In this document: in pieces, positions 1-9,837 of the stretch
How the letters are laid out: each line of letters begins with the position of its first letter
Numbering within the stretch: the stretch's first letter is position 1
Origin: Candidatus Goldiibacteriota bacterium
GTDB taxonomy: Bacteria; Oederibacteriota; PGYV01
NCBI GenBank assembly: GCA_016937715.1
Contig: JAFGWA010000050.1
Location: 9,311 to 73,310 of the forward strand
Direction: 5' to 3'
Length of the DNA stretch: 64,000 nt
Made by a program: the position numbers and the translations under genes
Notes under the pieces: model-generated
Told to the model about the DNA's origin: nothing
What the model saw: only the letters and a program-made list of their open reading frames with translations
The model's database searches: none

Positions 1-1405
1 CGTCAATTATTTCCCGGCATGCCCTGCCGCCGTTTTTCTGCAGTGACGCGGCAGCCCTTTCCATACCAAACCTTCCTCCGGATGCGGCTTTAGCCTCGCT
101 TATGCCGTCCGTAAAAAGAAGCAGCCTGTCACCCGTTTCAATTTTAACGGTTATCTTTTCAAGGCGCGCTTCAAAATTATTGCCTTTTAAAATTCCTATA
201 GCCGCGCCTTTGGGGCAGTAAGATTCCACCGCGGCCGCGCCGCTTTTATAAAACAGTATTTCGTGGTGCCCTGCAGACGCCATTTCTATCGCGCCTTTTG
301 CCGTATCAAGCACGGCGTAAAAAATTGTCGCGAAAATATTTCCTTCCACCCTGCCAAGCAGCCCGTTGTTAAGGTTTATAAGGACGCGCACAGGGTCGGA
401 ATTTAACACGGCTTCGGTGTTTAATATGCCCCTTAACATCGTCATAATAAGCGCGGCAGGCACGCCTTTGCCCGATACATCCGCCATTACTATGCCAAAC
501 CTTCCGCCTGTAAGCGGGATTACATCGTAATAATCCCCGCCTATTTCTTTAGCGGGTTTATAAAACGCGGATGCTTCATAATTTCCCATATCGGGAAATT
601 TCTTAGGCAGCAGCGAATCCTGAAGCCTGCTTGCAATTTCAAGTTCTTTTTCCATTGCCAGTTTTTCAAGCGCGGTTTTCTGCGCGCGTTTCAGGTCATC
701 CGTCATGGCGTTAAAAGTATCCGCAAGCAGCCCAAGTTCATTTTTTCTGTTAATCATAATTTTGTGGTTTAAATCCCCGCTGCCCGCAATCTTTACGCCT
801 TCGGCAAGGGTGTTTATGGGCTTTGTAATTGCCGTGCTTAAAAAGAAAGCGCCGATAACACTTAAAATTACCGCAATTACCGTCACCAGCGCAATGTTCA
901 TATATGTGCGCTTTAGCGCGCGGCCGATAAGGTCATACGATACCGCGACGCGCACCACGCCTGTCCTGGCTTTGTGTTTGGCAACTGCCGCGGCGGTAAA
1001 TTCTATTAATCTGCCGCCGGACGCCGTTTCAAATATAATGTTTTTCGCGGCGGTTGTTTTTATTGCTTTACCGGGCGGCGCGTATCTTTTTTTCACCTGC
1101 GTCATGTCATTATGCGCGATTATAACGCCGTTTGAATTTACCACCATGGCATAAATTACGCCCTTATTCTGCATCGCTTCTTTTAACACTTTCGCGGCTT
1201 CAAGTTCGTGTTTCATCATTATAAAGTCCGCGATGTTGTTGGCTATATTACGGGCCGTGCTTATACCCCTTAGTTCCACTTCGTTTACAAGGCTTTTCTT
1301 ATGTATGTTAAGCAGCATAAAACTCATTATTCCGGTTATGATAAGGGTAAGCGACAGAACAACACCCATCACTTCCCATTTCATGCTTTTAAATTTTTTG
1401 TTCAT
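1..1405 (-). CDS. Membrane-bound sensor Ser/Thr phosphatase (N-terminal TM, periplasmic sensor domain, second TM, HAMP, PP2C/SpoIIE domain), RsbU-like. Partial: the C-terminus runs off the window start.
   Basis: Hand translation of the reverse complement from ATG at 1405 gives MNKKFKSMKWEVMGVVLSLTLIITG, then a HAMP-like segment (TKPINTLAEGVKIAGSGDLNHKI...LADTFNAMTDDLKRAQ) and SpoIIE/PP2C motifs (GGDYYDV, GIVMADVSGKGVPAAL, LLLFTDGISEA). The frame has no stop down to position 1. It is absent from the ORF track because there is no stop inside the window. Start overlaps the upstream gene's stop as ATGA at 1402-1405. Confidence 0.65.
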   Translation of the reverse strand, partial: MNKKFKSMKWEVMGVVLSLTLIITGIMSFMLLNIHKKSLVNEVELRGISTARNIANNIADFIMMKHELEAAKVLKEAMQNKGVIYAMVVNSNGVIIAHNDMTQVKKRYAPPGKAIKTTAAKNIIFETASGGRLIEFTAAAVAKHKARTGVVRVAVSYDLIGRALKRTYMNIALVTVIAVILSVIGAFFLSTAITKPINTLAEGVKIAGSGDLNHKIMINRKNELGLLADTFNAMTDDLKRAQKTALEKLAMEKELEIASRLQDSLLPKKFPDMGNYEASAFYKPAKEIGGDYYDVIPLTGGRFGIVMADVSGKGVPAALIMTMLRGILNTEAVLNSDPVRVLINLNNGLLGRVEGNIFATIFYAVLDTAKGAIEMASAGHHEILFYKSGAAAVESYCPKGAAIGILKGNNFEARLEKITVKIETGDRLLLFTDGISEAKAASGGRFGMERAAASLQKNGGRACREIID

Positions 1406-2973
1406 TCTATCCCGCGCCTTTTAAGTTCTTCAAGTTCCGCCTGTGTTTTTCTTAAATCCCTCTGCGATTTTACGTCATCCGGGTTTATTGCCAGGACTTT
1501 TTTCCACATTTCAACCGCTCCCTTTAAATCACCCTCTGTGTAGCTGTTAACGGCAAGATAATACATCCTGTCCGCCGCCTCTTTCTGTTCCCGGGTCAGC
1601 CGTACTTTACCGCTGCCGGATTCCATGTCTTTTTTTGCTTTTAATATTAAAGCTTTCAGGGCTTTATTTCCCGGCCTGCGCTTTAAGGCGTTTTCCCACT
1701 GTTTAATTGCCTCATCATACTGTTTTTTCTCGTATAATTCAATGCCCGCGGAAATATAACCGTCGGTATCGCCGCTGTAATCCGTGCCTTCCGCGCTTTT
1801 TATTTTTTCTTTAAGTTTTTCTTCAAGAATCTTTTTCATTTTCAGCGACGGCTCGTAATCTTTTTTCCATTCCAGCGATTTTTCAGCCTCTGTCAGCGCG
1901 TCTTCAAATTCATTTCTAAGGTAATAAGCGTAGGCGCGGCGGTAATACGCTTCCGCCTCTTCTTTTAATTTTATTTTATACCTTTCTTCCACTATCCTGC
2001 GTACTTCTGCGTAAATACTTCTGCGCCTGTGCGCTTTCTGCTCTTCTAAGGTCATACCAAACGCGTATGAAAGTGTGTACCTGTCCATCCTGCCAAAACT
2101 GCCGTTTGACACAAACGCGTAATCAAATTTAATATCATATAAATAAAGGCCCGCGCCAAAAGTAAATTCCCCGTCTGTATAACCCGCCCTGACACCCGTA
2201 ATACCCGCCCATTTTACCTCTATGCCAAACCTGTCTTTAAAACTTTCCTTTTCACCCGCAGAGATGTCATAAGCGGCCTTAAATTCAAAATCCGCGAATT
2301 TGTGTTTTGCCAGCACCCCAAGGGTGTATGTGCGGCCAAGCGTTTCCGTGACCGACTGCATTGAAAAAGCCGGCGTTATAAGGTTACGTGCAATAAGCCC
2401 GGCGCGCAGAAAAGAAAAAGGTTCGTACAGTAAGCCGATATCCGCGCCGAATCCGGCGTAGTTAAACCGCGCCATATTGGAGTAATAGATGTCAATATTC
2501 GCGCCCGCGGAAAAGCCGTCGGTTATTTTGCGCGCGTACGATAAGGCCGCTTTGTACTGGCCGTTTTTAAAATCAGAAGTTTGGTTTCCGTTTATGTCAT
2601 AACCTTCCATACCGTCAGCGGAAAACATAAACAGCGCCGCGCCTATGGTCCCAAAATTAAGCAGCGGCTGCCCATAGGAAACCGACCCGTAAGACACACC
2701 TTCATATAAAGGGTAATACAACAGAGCAATTTCCTGTTTTTTAACAAGCACAAGCCCCGCGGGGTTGTAATGTATGGCGGACAGGTCGTCTGCCACGGCG
2801 GTAAAAGCGCCTGCCATGCCGTCCGGCCTGGAACCGGCCCCGGCCATGAATACGTTTTCACTGCCGTAATCGCCGGGCGATGCCATGACGGGAAAAAAAT
2901 AAAACACCGCAAGCGCTGCCAGCGCCGTCAGTTTAATTTTTTGTATACCTGTCATAACCGCGGCCTTTTTCAC
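1402..2973 (-). CDS. Outer-membrane beta-barrel protein (PorV/FadL-like N-terminal domain) fused to C-terminal TPR repeats
   Basis: Signal peptide, then the motif GAGSRPDGMAGAFTAVADDLSAIHYNPAGL typical of PorV/FadL/OMPP1-type barrels. Alternating aromatic beta-strand pattern. C-terminal ~200 aa are Lys/Glu-rich TPR-like helices (YYRRAYAYYLRNEFEDALTEAEKSL, YEKKQYDEAIKQWENAL, YYLAVNSYTEGDLKGAVEMWKKVLAINP). Confidence 0.55.
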   Translation of the reverse strand: MKKAAVMTGIQKIKLTALAALAVFYFFPVMASPGDYGSENVFMAGAGSRPDGMAGAFTAVADDLSAIHYNPAGLVLVKKQEIALLYYPLYEGVSYGSVSYGQPLLNFGTIGAALFMFSADGMEGYDINGNQTSDFKNGQYKAALSYARKITDGFSAGANIDIYYSNMARFNYAGFGADIGLLYEPFSFLRAGLIARNLITPAFSMQSVTETLGRTYTLGVLAKHKFADFEFKAAYDISAGEKESFKDRFGIEVKWAGITGVRAGYTDGEFTFGAGLYLYDIKFDYAFVSNGSFGRMDRYTLSYAFGMTLEEQKAHRRRSIYAEVRRIVEERYKIKLKEEAEAYYRRAYAYYLRNEFEDALTEAEKSLEWKKDYEPSLKMKKILEEKLKEKIKSAEGTDYSGDTDGYISAGIELYEKKQYDEAIKQWENALKRRPGNKALKALILKAKKDMESGSGKVRLTREQKEAADRMYYLAVNSYTEGDLKGAVEMWKKVLAINPDDVKSQRDLRKTQAELEELKRRGIE

Positions 2974-3009
2974 AAAAACCTCATCACCCGTTAAAACCTG
3001 TTTTTATTA

Positions 3010-4875
3010 TCACCTTAATACGGCCATTTTTTTAACAAGTTTTGTTGTGCTGCCTGTTGCTTTATCCTTAACTTCCAGCACGCATAAATAAACGCCGGAC
3101 AACACTTCAATTTTATTCTCATTCGTACCGTCCCATTCATCTTCAGAATGGCGCCCCGCGGATTTTACGGTTTTATCCAGAATTGTCTTTACGTGTTTTC
3201 CCGTGACGGTGAAAATTTTTATACTTACTTCCGCGTCATTTTTAAGGTGGTAACTGATAACCGCGGGCGACTGCTTTGGGTCCACCGGGTTTGGAAAAAC
3301 ATGAAACGATTCTTTAAGCGCGGGCGGAACCGGCGTGGCTGTTGCCGTGGGGCTGGGGCAGAACCCAAGCATAATATCCCCCAGATTCGCCGAACTTTCC
3401 CAGTTATCCTCATCCCCGTTCCATACAAGCTGTCCCACACGCTCCGTGGTGCCGTTGTTAAAATCAATCTGCACGTCAAACTGATAAAAATTTCCGGTTA
3501 CAGGGACAACGCCCAGCGTTGACCACGGTATCATCACTTCCATTATATAGCCTGCCGCGTCATAAGTGCTTTTATACACAAGCCCGCCCGGCGGCAGCGC
3601 GACAGTGGCGTTTAAGCAGAACTGCAGGCTGTCGTAGCTTATCATAAAATGAAAATCGCCCACAGAGCCGGGATAAGGCTGGCTGCCGTGGTCATTGGCC
3701 ATATCAAGGTATATTTCCACCGCCGAATCATTGTAATTGGCGCACGCCACCTGCGTGGCGTTTAAATAGGAATCATTTACGTCAATCCCGACGTACAGGT
3801 TGTCATTATCCCACAGGGTTTTAAAACTGCCGGAAATATTATTCGGGTTTGTTCCAAGGCACAGTTCAGAGACCTGATATTCCTGCGCGGATGCCCACGA
3901 ACTTTCATTCATTAATCCGTCAATGGTAATTCCACGCGCGCATCCGGCTGTTGCCGTCAATGAAGCCGACATTGTTATATAATAATTTTGATTCGCCTGG
4001 CTTCCGCAATCATCTGTATATACCGCAGAAAAAGTGTTAAGGCCGGGTGTTAAAGGTATTGCTGATAATTCACGCGATAACGAAGTAAATCCTGACGGCC
4101 CTGTCCAGCTCCACGTGCCTCCCGTTAACGGCTGCGGCCCAAGATTTACCACAGCGCCCTGATTTACGGTAACAGTATCTGTCTGCTGCCATGTTCCGCC
4201 ATTTACCTGCAGGTATGGAAGTACTACAGGCGTAGAACACGGCGTGCGTGTGCAGGTGGGGGTGGGCGGCATCGGGTTTATCTGCACAGCGCAGACCTGC
4301 GCGTTATCAATAGAGGCCGGCCCAAACTGTATTAATATCTGCCCTGCCGCCGGCGATATATTATTAAAAGTTTTGCTTAACGCCCTGAAAGCGGAACCCG
4401 CTTCATTATAAATATCAAAATCGTCAAGCACCCGCGTGCTGTTTATAAAGACGTCAAATATCCTGTCACCGGCAGCTTCCCAGTATAATTCCGCGAATTT
4501 AAGCGTAACCTGATAATCGCCCGGCGGCACATTGAACGTGTACGTGAAAGGATTCCCGTACCTTTCATCCTGATAAAGTATGCTGTCAGCGGTATTTGCA
4601 ACCGCAACCGTGACGCCGTGTCCGTACCCGCCGCTGTAATTTGTATCCGCTATCCAGGTGTTGCCCCAGCTGTCAGGGTATACATCGCCGCCCGCGTTTA
4701 CCCGCCACACAGATGAAACCGCAATGTTATATGTAGGGGTAATAGTGGCGGTAGCCGTGATAGTAAGCGTTGCCGTTGCGGCGTTAGCGGCGCACGCAAA
4801 TATTAAAGTATACAGGAGGACATTCAGGCTTTTAATCAGAGTTACCGGAGCACTTGCCGATTTTTTCATAAACAC
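3010..4875 (-). CDS. Secreted malectin-domain carbohydrate-binding protein with T9SS-type C-terminal sorting domain (Por_Secre_tail)
   Basis: Signal peptide followed by a Thr/Ala-rich linker. Malectin-like segment WRVNAGG...ADTNYSGGYGHG...ILYQDERYGNPFTYTFNVPPGDYQVTLKFAELYW...DRIFDVFINSTRVLDDFDIY. C-terminal ~90 aa FPNPVDPK...VSIKIFTVTGKHV...LSGVYLCVLEVKDKATGSTTKLVKKMAVLR matches the T9SS C-terminal domain pattern. Confidence 0.7.
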   Translation of the reverse strand: MFMKKSASAPVTLIKSLNVLLYTLIFACAANAATATLTITATATITPTYNIAVSSVWRVNAGGDVYPDSWGNTWIADTNYSGGYGHGVTVAVANTADSILYQDERYGNPFTYTFNVPPGDYQVTLKFAELYWEAAGDRIFDVFINSTRVLDDFDIYNEAGSAFRALSKTFNNISPAAGQILIQFGPASIDNAQVCAVQINPMPPTPTCTRTPCSTPVVLPYLQVNGGTWQQTDTVTVNQGAVVNLGPQPLTGGTWSWTGPSGFTSLSRELSAIPLTPGLNTFSAVYTDDCGSQANQNYYITMSASLTATAGCARGITIDGLMNESSWASAQEYQVSELCLGTNPNNISGSFKTLWDNDNLYVGIDVNDSYLNATQVACANYNDSAVEIYLDMANDHGSQPYPGSVGDFHFMISYDSLQFCLNATVALPPGGLVYKSTYDAAGYIMEVMIPWSTLGVVPVTGNFYQFDVQIDFNNGTTERVGQLVWNGDEDNWESSANLGDIMLGFCPSPTATATPVPPALKESFHVFPNPVDPKQSPAVISYHLKNDAEVSIKIFTVTGKHVKTILDKTVKSAGRHSEDEWDGTNENKIEVLSGVYLCVLEVKDKATGSTTKLVKKMAVLR

Positions 4876-5024
4876 CCCGCAATATTAACGTACATATTAT
4901 CCGGGTTTTTTTTAACCGGGTAATTATACAATATGGACATTTCAAATACCCTATCTATAATAATGTATACGGTCAGAATATACCGTTGTGCGCGGGCTGT
5001 CAATAAAAGATATTTCCCCCTGCC

Positions 5025-6674
5025 TTAAATCTCCATCTTTTTCAGCCGGTTAATCCCCGCCCACAGCGAAAATACGGTGATTGCAACCGATGAAACAAAA
5101 GCCGCGGCAAACAGCCATATATATTCCCGCGGGTTAAATACAATCGCGCGGACAAGGGTTGACCTGTAATAATCCCTTACAGGGTCGGCAATAAGGGCAA
5201 GCGTTATGCCTATAAACACCATTGTCACAAACATGTACGAAAGCCCGGCTACGCCGGTAATCATCTCTTCCGCGTTTTTTATTTTAAAATTCGCGAAATA
5301 CCCCCCAAAACCAGTGCCCACCCCCGATATCACCAGAGTCACGCATACGGTGGAAAATATGGTTACATAATTAATGAACGGGTCTGATTTTAAAATCTTA
5401 ATTGAAAGCAGCGCTATTACAAGCCCGATAATCATCATTGGAATTCCGTAAGCGATAAACTTGTCAATGACATACTTTGTCATTGTAGAGGGGGCGGAGC
5501 GGTATATCCAGAACGCGCGCCCTTCCACGCTTATCACGGGAAGAATAAACCTGGAACCAATAGCGGAAATTATGAACCCTATAAAACCTATATTAAGGAA
5601 GTAAATTACGTTTTTAAGGTCAAACAGTTCGGACGGCATCTTGTACATATTAAAAAGATAAATGACCACAACGCCGAAAAGAAAAACCACCTGTATCCAC
5701 TGCGAAGTGTCCCTTACAAGGTATTTCACATCCTTGATAAGCTGCGATTCAAACACCTTTCTTCTTATAAAAACGCGGCCGGCGGCAAGCGGTTTTTCTT
5801 TTTTATAAATCCCTTTTTTTCCGTAGCCGTCAAAGTACCATAAACCGGCGGCTTTTATTACAAGGGCGAATATAACAAGCGCGGCTGACCCGTACGCCAG
5901 CAAAGGGCCGATACCGCGGTAAATGCCGTAAGCAGTAACGTCCTTTACGATGGAGATAAAATGCGTATGCGGCAGAAAGAAGCTTTCCGGAGTGCGCAGG
6001 TATTTTAAAAACTCCGAAACATCCTGCATGGAACCCGCGGACAGCTTTTCCGGTTCCAGCATCCTGAAATACAGGACAATCCCCACAAGAAAAATACCGC
6101 TCATCGCTATTGCTATGTTGCGTATGCTTTCCGCCGGAAAATATCTTACCAGCACAAGCGTAAGCACAATACCCGCGGACGCCATGACAATAAAAAACGG
6201 AATATGCGCGGCCATAATAAAAAGGTACTGATAAATATCTATTTTTAAAACAGTACTGTATGCCGCAAAAACGGGAATGGACATTAAAAGCATCATCCAG
6301 CACGCTTCAAAAATTATCTTTAAATACTGAAAAGTAAAAATGTCTTCCGCTTTTATAGGCGAGCTGAAAAGAAAATCCATATCGCGGCTTAAGTATAAAA
6401 CAGGAATTGCCGATACCACAGCCGACATCACAATCATATAGGAGAAAGTCATATAGATAGCGGACAAAAGCCTGTTTACCAGAAGCCCGCCAATTAACTG
6501 CGCCCCGTAAAAGTGTTTGAAGATAAAAAAGAAAAGCTGATATATCATAGGAAAGAACACCAGCGAGAAAACAATCAGCAGAAAGAACTTAACAAGATCC
6601 CCCTTTACAGGGTGTTTAAACTTGTTTTTAAACTGTGTAAAATAAAACCCTGAAAGTAACGAAATCTCCCTCAT
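5025..6674 (-). CDS. Polytopic integral membrane protein (at least 10 predicted TM helices), function unknown; possibly an ABC-exporter-like permease
   Basis: 549 aa, very hydrophobic with repeated TM-length segments. No recognisable catalytic motif. No adjacent ATPase. Confidence 0.45.
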   Translation of the reverse strand: MREISLLSGFYFTQFKNKFKHPVKGDLVKFFLLIVFSLVFFPMIYQLFFFIFKHFYGAQLIGGLLVNRLLSAIYMTFSYMIVMSAVVSAIPVLYLSRDMDFLFSSPIKAEDIFTFQYLKIIFEACWMMLLMSIPVFAAYSTVLKIDIYQYLFIMAAHIPFFIVMASAGIVLTLVLVRYFPAESIRNIAIAMSGIFLVGIVLYFRMLEPEKLSAGSMQDVSEFLKYLRTPESFFLPHTHFISIVKDVTAYGIYRGIGPLLAYGSAALVIFALVIKAAGLWYFDGYGKKGIYKKEKPLAAGRVFIRRKVFESQLIKDVKYLVRDTSQWIQVVFLFGVVVIYLFNMYKMPSELFDLKNVIYFLNIGFIGFIISAIGSRFILPVISVEGRAFWIYRSAPSTMTKYVIDKFIAYGIPMMIIGLVIALLSIKILKSDPFINYVTIFSTVCVTLVISGVGTGFGGYFANFKIKNAEEMITGVAGLSYMFVTMVFIGITLALIADPVRDYYRSTLVRAIVFNPREYIWLFAAAFVSSVAITVFSLWAGINRLKKMEI

Positions 6675-6881
6675 ATAACCACCTTTCCTTCTGCTTTAAA
6701 TAGTAATATAGCTATTATAATACAAAAACACACTAATTACCCGGCTTAAACACCGGCCGGTTTTTTACAGCCAATTACGTACAACAAGTTCAGAATTTTC
6801 AATGTTTCCAGCTTTAATAAATCTAATATCTTTAAGCATACGCTTTTTTATCTTCGGCGAAGCACAGAAAAAAGCTTACTT

Positions 6882-8477
6882 TCAGGAACTCTTATTCAAT
6901 TTAATCCCTTTAAGCGTTTTTATGCCTTTTTGCGTTGCAATATACTTTTGTTTGGAACTGCTTGGTTTATCCGGTATTGTCATTTTAATCAGGTTGTGTT
7001 TTATAAGCGGTTTTATAATTTCGTTCCTTGTCCTGCTTTTATTTGTTTTTCCAATCAGCTCCATTACGGCCTGCAGCGTTGTTTCACCGGAAGCTGCGGT
7101 TAATACAGCCACCGCTGTGTTTATACTCATGAACTTAGGACAGACCTGAGACAGACTTGGGACAGACTTAGGATCAACCTGAGACATTGACAGTGTTTTT
7201 TCAGATACGTTTTTATCTGCAGTTGCATCAAAAAAGGCCTTATGTGGTTTTATAACTGCCAGAAAGTAAGTTCTGTCTTTATTTGTTTCAAATACAGGCA
7301 CCGGAGACCCGTTCACTTTCAACGCACGCCTTATTTCCGGAAAACCTGTGCCTTTTGCCTCTGTCATATCAAGTTCTTTCAAAAAATCTCCTATTCTCCT
7401 GTTCCTGTATTCACGCACAGGTACACGCTCTTTTTTCAGGTCTTTATTATCTATAGGCGGCATGGGCCCGGGTTTTGATATTATTTCCATCCTGTCAGGA
7501 AATATATTTACCTCAACAGGGTCTCTATAATCGTAACCCTTATGATAAACAGCATTGGCAAGAATTTCTTCAATTGCCTCATAAGGATAATTAAATACCC
7601 GTTCCGCTTCTGCGCGCCCGGGTATCTTGCTGATTTTTTCCTTAATAACCATATTTTGAAGATACAACAGAGCATCTTTTAGCTGTCTATGCACAGGCCC
7701 TCTGAAAATTTTTTCCGTAAATTTCCTGCCTGTGCCTTCATTGTCCTCAAATTCCGCTATTTCAATTCTCGCCCCGGGGAAGAACAACTCCGGATCATCT
7801 GAAAACATCAGCAGTCCCGCGTTTAACGGTTTTAAATTTTCTTTTGAACCGCGGCAAACCTGTAATAGCCTGCAAAGCTCCGGCAGAGCCACACCCTTTG
7901 CGCTCTCATATAAACCGCTGCCTGTGTCTTTTAAAAATTGAAGTATTATATCCCTCTTCATATCCCGTATATCGGCATTATGGTTAACCCTGTCGTCAAA
8001 CGGAATGCGGGCAGATATTTCCAGAAGCTGTTTTTCCTCATGCTGATTTGCTTTTACTGTTGTGGAATGCCGCCTGATATAATAAGCCTTTTCTGAACCT
8101 TCATAGCTGACAGGCGCCTTATATGGACGGTTTTCCCCTCCCGGCACCCATAATACCAGGACTCTTTTTTTAAGATAAATTTCAGGAGATAGAATCACCT
8201 GCGGAAAAGGTAATATCTTATACTGGGTTTCGATTATTTTCTTTTGGTATGCTTCAACCTGTGATTCTTTCAGGCCGGCCGGCGGAAGTTCAGGTGCACC
8301 ATCCGAGGATTTAACACCAAAAATTATATAACCGCCCCCGATATTATTAATATCATTTGCAAAAGCACATATTGTCTGCGTTACTTTTTCCGGATTAAAC
8401 CCTTCCTTATAATCCAGCCTGTCAGACTCTACGGTAAGGCCTTTGAATAATTCCTCTATCTTTATGGGTAACGGCAT
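6882..8477 (-). CDS. AlbA_2 (Schlafen-like) plus HATPase_c_4 plus C-terminal winged-HTH putative transcriptional regulator (often mis-annotated as RecG-like)
   Basis: N-terminal DYKEGFNPEKVTQTICAFANDINNIGGGYIIFGVK resembles the AlbA_2 domain. Central EAIEEILANAVYHKGYDYRDPVEVNIFPDRMEIISKPG resembles HATPase_c_4. C-terminal wHTH-like tail. RBS GGAGGT upstream of the ATG. Confidence 0.6.
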   Translation of the reverse strand: MPLPIKIEELFKGLTVESDRLDYKEGFNPEKVTQTICAFANDINNIGGGYIIFGVKSSDGAPELPPAGLKESQVEAYQKKIIETQYKILPFPQVILSPEIYLKKRVLVLWVPGGENRPYKAPVSYEGSEKAYYIRRHSTTVKANQHEEKQLLEISARIPFDDRVNHNADIRDMKRDIILQFLKDTGSGLYESAKGVALPELCRLLQVCRGSKENLKPLNAGLLMFSDDPELFFPGARIEIAEFEDNEGTGRKFTEKIFRGPVHRQLKDALLYLQNMVIKEKISKIPGRAEAERVFNYPYEAIEEILANAVYHKGYDYRDPVEVNIFPDRMEIISKPGPMPPIDNKDLKKERVPVREYRNRRIGDFLKELDMTEAKGTGFPEIRRALKVNGSPVPVFETNKDRTYFLAVIKPHKAFFDATADKNVSEKTLSMSQVDPKSVPSLSQVCPKFMSINTAVAVLTAASGETTLQAVMELIGKTNKSRTRNEIIKPLIKHNLIKMTIPDKPSSSKQKYIATQKGIKTLKGIKLNKSS

Positions 8478-8489
8478 TTAACCTCCTGC

Positions 8490-8531
8490 TTTGCCATACA
8501 AAGCATATAATATTAATTATTGTATGGCAAA
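8490..8531. promoter_or_regulatory. 12-bp perfect inverted repeat TTTGCCATACAA-19 bp-TTGTATGGCAAA in the promoter region of the AlbA_2/HATPase gene; candidate operator
   Basis: Read directly. It lies between the upstream helicase stop (8583) and the gene start (8477), just upstream of the RBS. Confidence 0.3.
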
Positions 8532-8582
8532 CATAAATATATTTGTCCATTAAAAAACTTTTTAGCTGTGTTCCCGGGTCTT

Positions 8583-9815
8583 TTAATCCCTGTCTTTCCA
8601 CTTCTTTTTTTCATTGTGCCGGTCAAACTTGGGCGGGCGCGCGGCTTCATACGGTTTTGGCAGCGGTATCAGCGGCACCGCTGTAAAACCTTCATGCGGA
8701 ACCTTATGGTGTTTTACAACCGGAATAACCGTCCTTATAATACTTTCAATATTTTTTACTTCCAGCCCCTGGTCAGGGGTGGCCAGCGATATCGCGCGGC
8801 CTGTCATGCCGGCGCGGCCTGTCCGCCCTATCCTGTGCACATAGTTGGATGCGTCATCAGGCAGGTCGTAATTAATCACAAGTTCAATTCCTGTCACGTC
8901 AATGCCGCGGGCTGCAATATCCGTGGCAACCAACACCCGGTACTTTTTTGATTTAAACCCTTCAAGAGACCTGTTTCTTTCATGCATGGCAAGGTCTGAA
9001 TGTATCTCTGCCGCGGCAATACCGGATTTTTTTAATTTTTGAGCAATCTTCGCCGCTGACTTTTTTGTGCGCGTAAACACAAGCACGCTGCCTGTCACTT
9101 CCTTTAAAAGTTCCAGCACAAGCACGCTTTTCATCTCTGCTTTCACCACGTACATTTCCTGGCTTACAAGTTCTATAGCCGTGCCCGCAGGCGCTATTTC
9201 CGTTACAACCGGCAGGCGCATATATTCTGAAGCTATTTTTAAAATATCCCCCGGCATTGTGGCGGAAAAAAGAAGCGTCTGCCTCTCTTTGCTGATGACA
9301 GATAATATTTCCTGAATATCCCTTAAAAACCCCATATCAAGCATTCTGTCCGCTTCGTCAAGGACAAGAAAATTAACTTTATTTAATTCCAGATTTCCCC
9401 GGTTAAGGTGGTCTATAAGGCGCCCCGGCGTGGCAATAATGATATCCGGAGAACGCCCGATTCCGTCCACCTGCCCCTGCATGTCATGGCCGCCGATAAT
9501 TACAAGGCTTTTCATTTTAAACGCCGGGATAAGCTGAAGCAGGGCTTCGTTTACCTGAAGCGCAAGTTCGCGTGTGGGTAATAAAATCAGGCCTTTGCCC
9601 CCGTTTTTTGCAAGCATCTGCACCATAGGAATGCCAAAAGCAAACGTCTTGCCTGTTCCGGTCTGCGCTATTCCTATTATATCTTTTCCTTCAACCGCTA
9701 TGGGAATGGCTTTTGCCTGTATCGGGGTGGGTACGGTGAATTTTAATTTGGCAAGGATATCAAGTATCTTTTTATCAATCCCCAGCCCTGAAAATAAAGC
9801 GTGAGTATCCGTCAT
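8583..9815 (-). CDS. DEAD-box ATP-dependent RNA helicase
   Basis: Q-motif region, AQTGTGKT (motif I), VLDEADRMLDMGF (DEAD), SAT, HRIGRTGRAG (motif VI). Basic C-terminal tail. Confidence 0.9.
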   Translation of the reverse strand: MTDTHALFSGLGIDKKILDILAKLKFTVPTPIQAKAIPIAVEGKDIIGIAQTGTGKTFAFGIPMVQMLAKNGGKGLILLPTRELALQVNEALLQLIPAFKMKSLVIIGGHDMQGQVDGIGRSPDIIIATPGRLIDHLNRGNLELNKVNFLVLDEADRMLDMGFLRDIQEILSVISKERQTLLFSATMPGDILKIASEYMRLPVVTEIAPAGTAIELVSQEMYVVKAEMKSVLVLELLKEVTGSVLVFTRTKKSAAKIAQKLKKSGIAAAEIHSDLAMHERNRSLEGFKSKKYRVLVATDIAARGIDVTGIELVINYDLPDDASNYVHRIGRTGRAGMTGRAISLATPDQGLEVKNIESIIRTVIPVVKHHKVPHEGFTAVPLIPLPKPYEAARPPKFDRHNEKKKWKDRD

Positions 9816-9837
9816 AGAATTGATATCATCCGGTACA

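Noticed and set aside
705-1154. Plus-strand ORF (149 aa) and neighbours 1233..1424, 1301..1543
   Set aside because: They lie antisense to a continuous PP2C/HAMP coding frame and have low-complexity composition. Judged spurious.
5025-6674. Assigning the 549-aa membrane protein as the permease partner of the ABC ATPase at 9838..10569
   Set aside because: The genes are separated by two unrelated genes and no ABC permease signature could be recognised by eye. Left as unknown membrane protein.
6700-6760. Possible terminator ACCGGCCGGTTTTTT upstream of the membrane protein gene
   Set aside because: The stem is only 4-5 bp and there is no upstream gene on that strand. Not reported as a feature.
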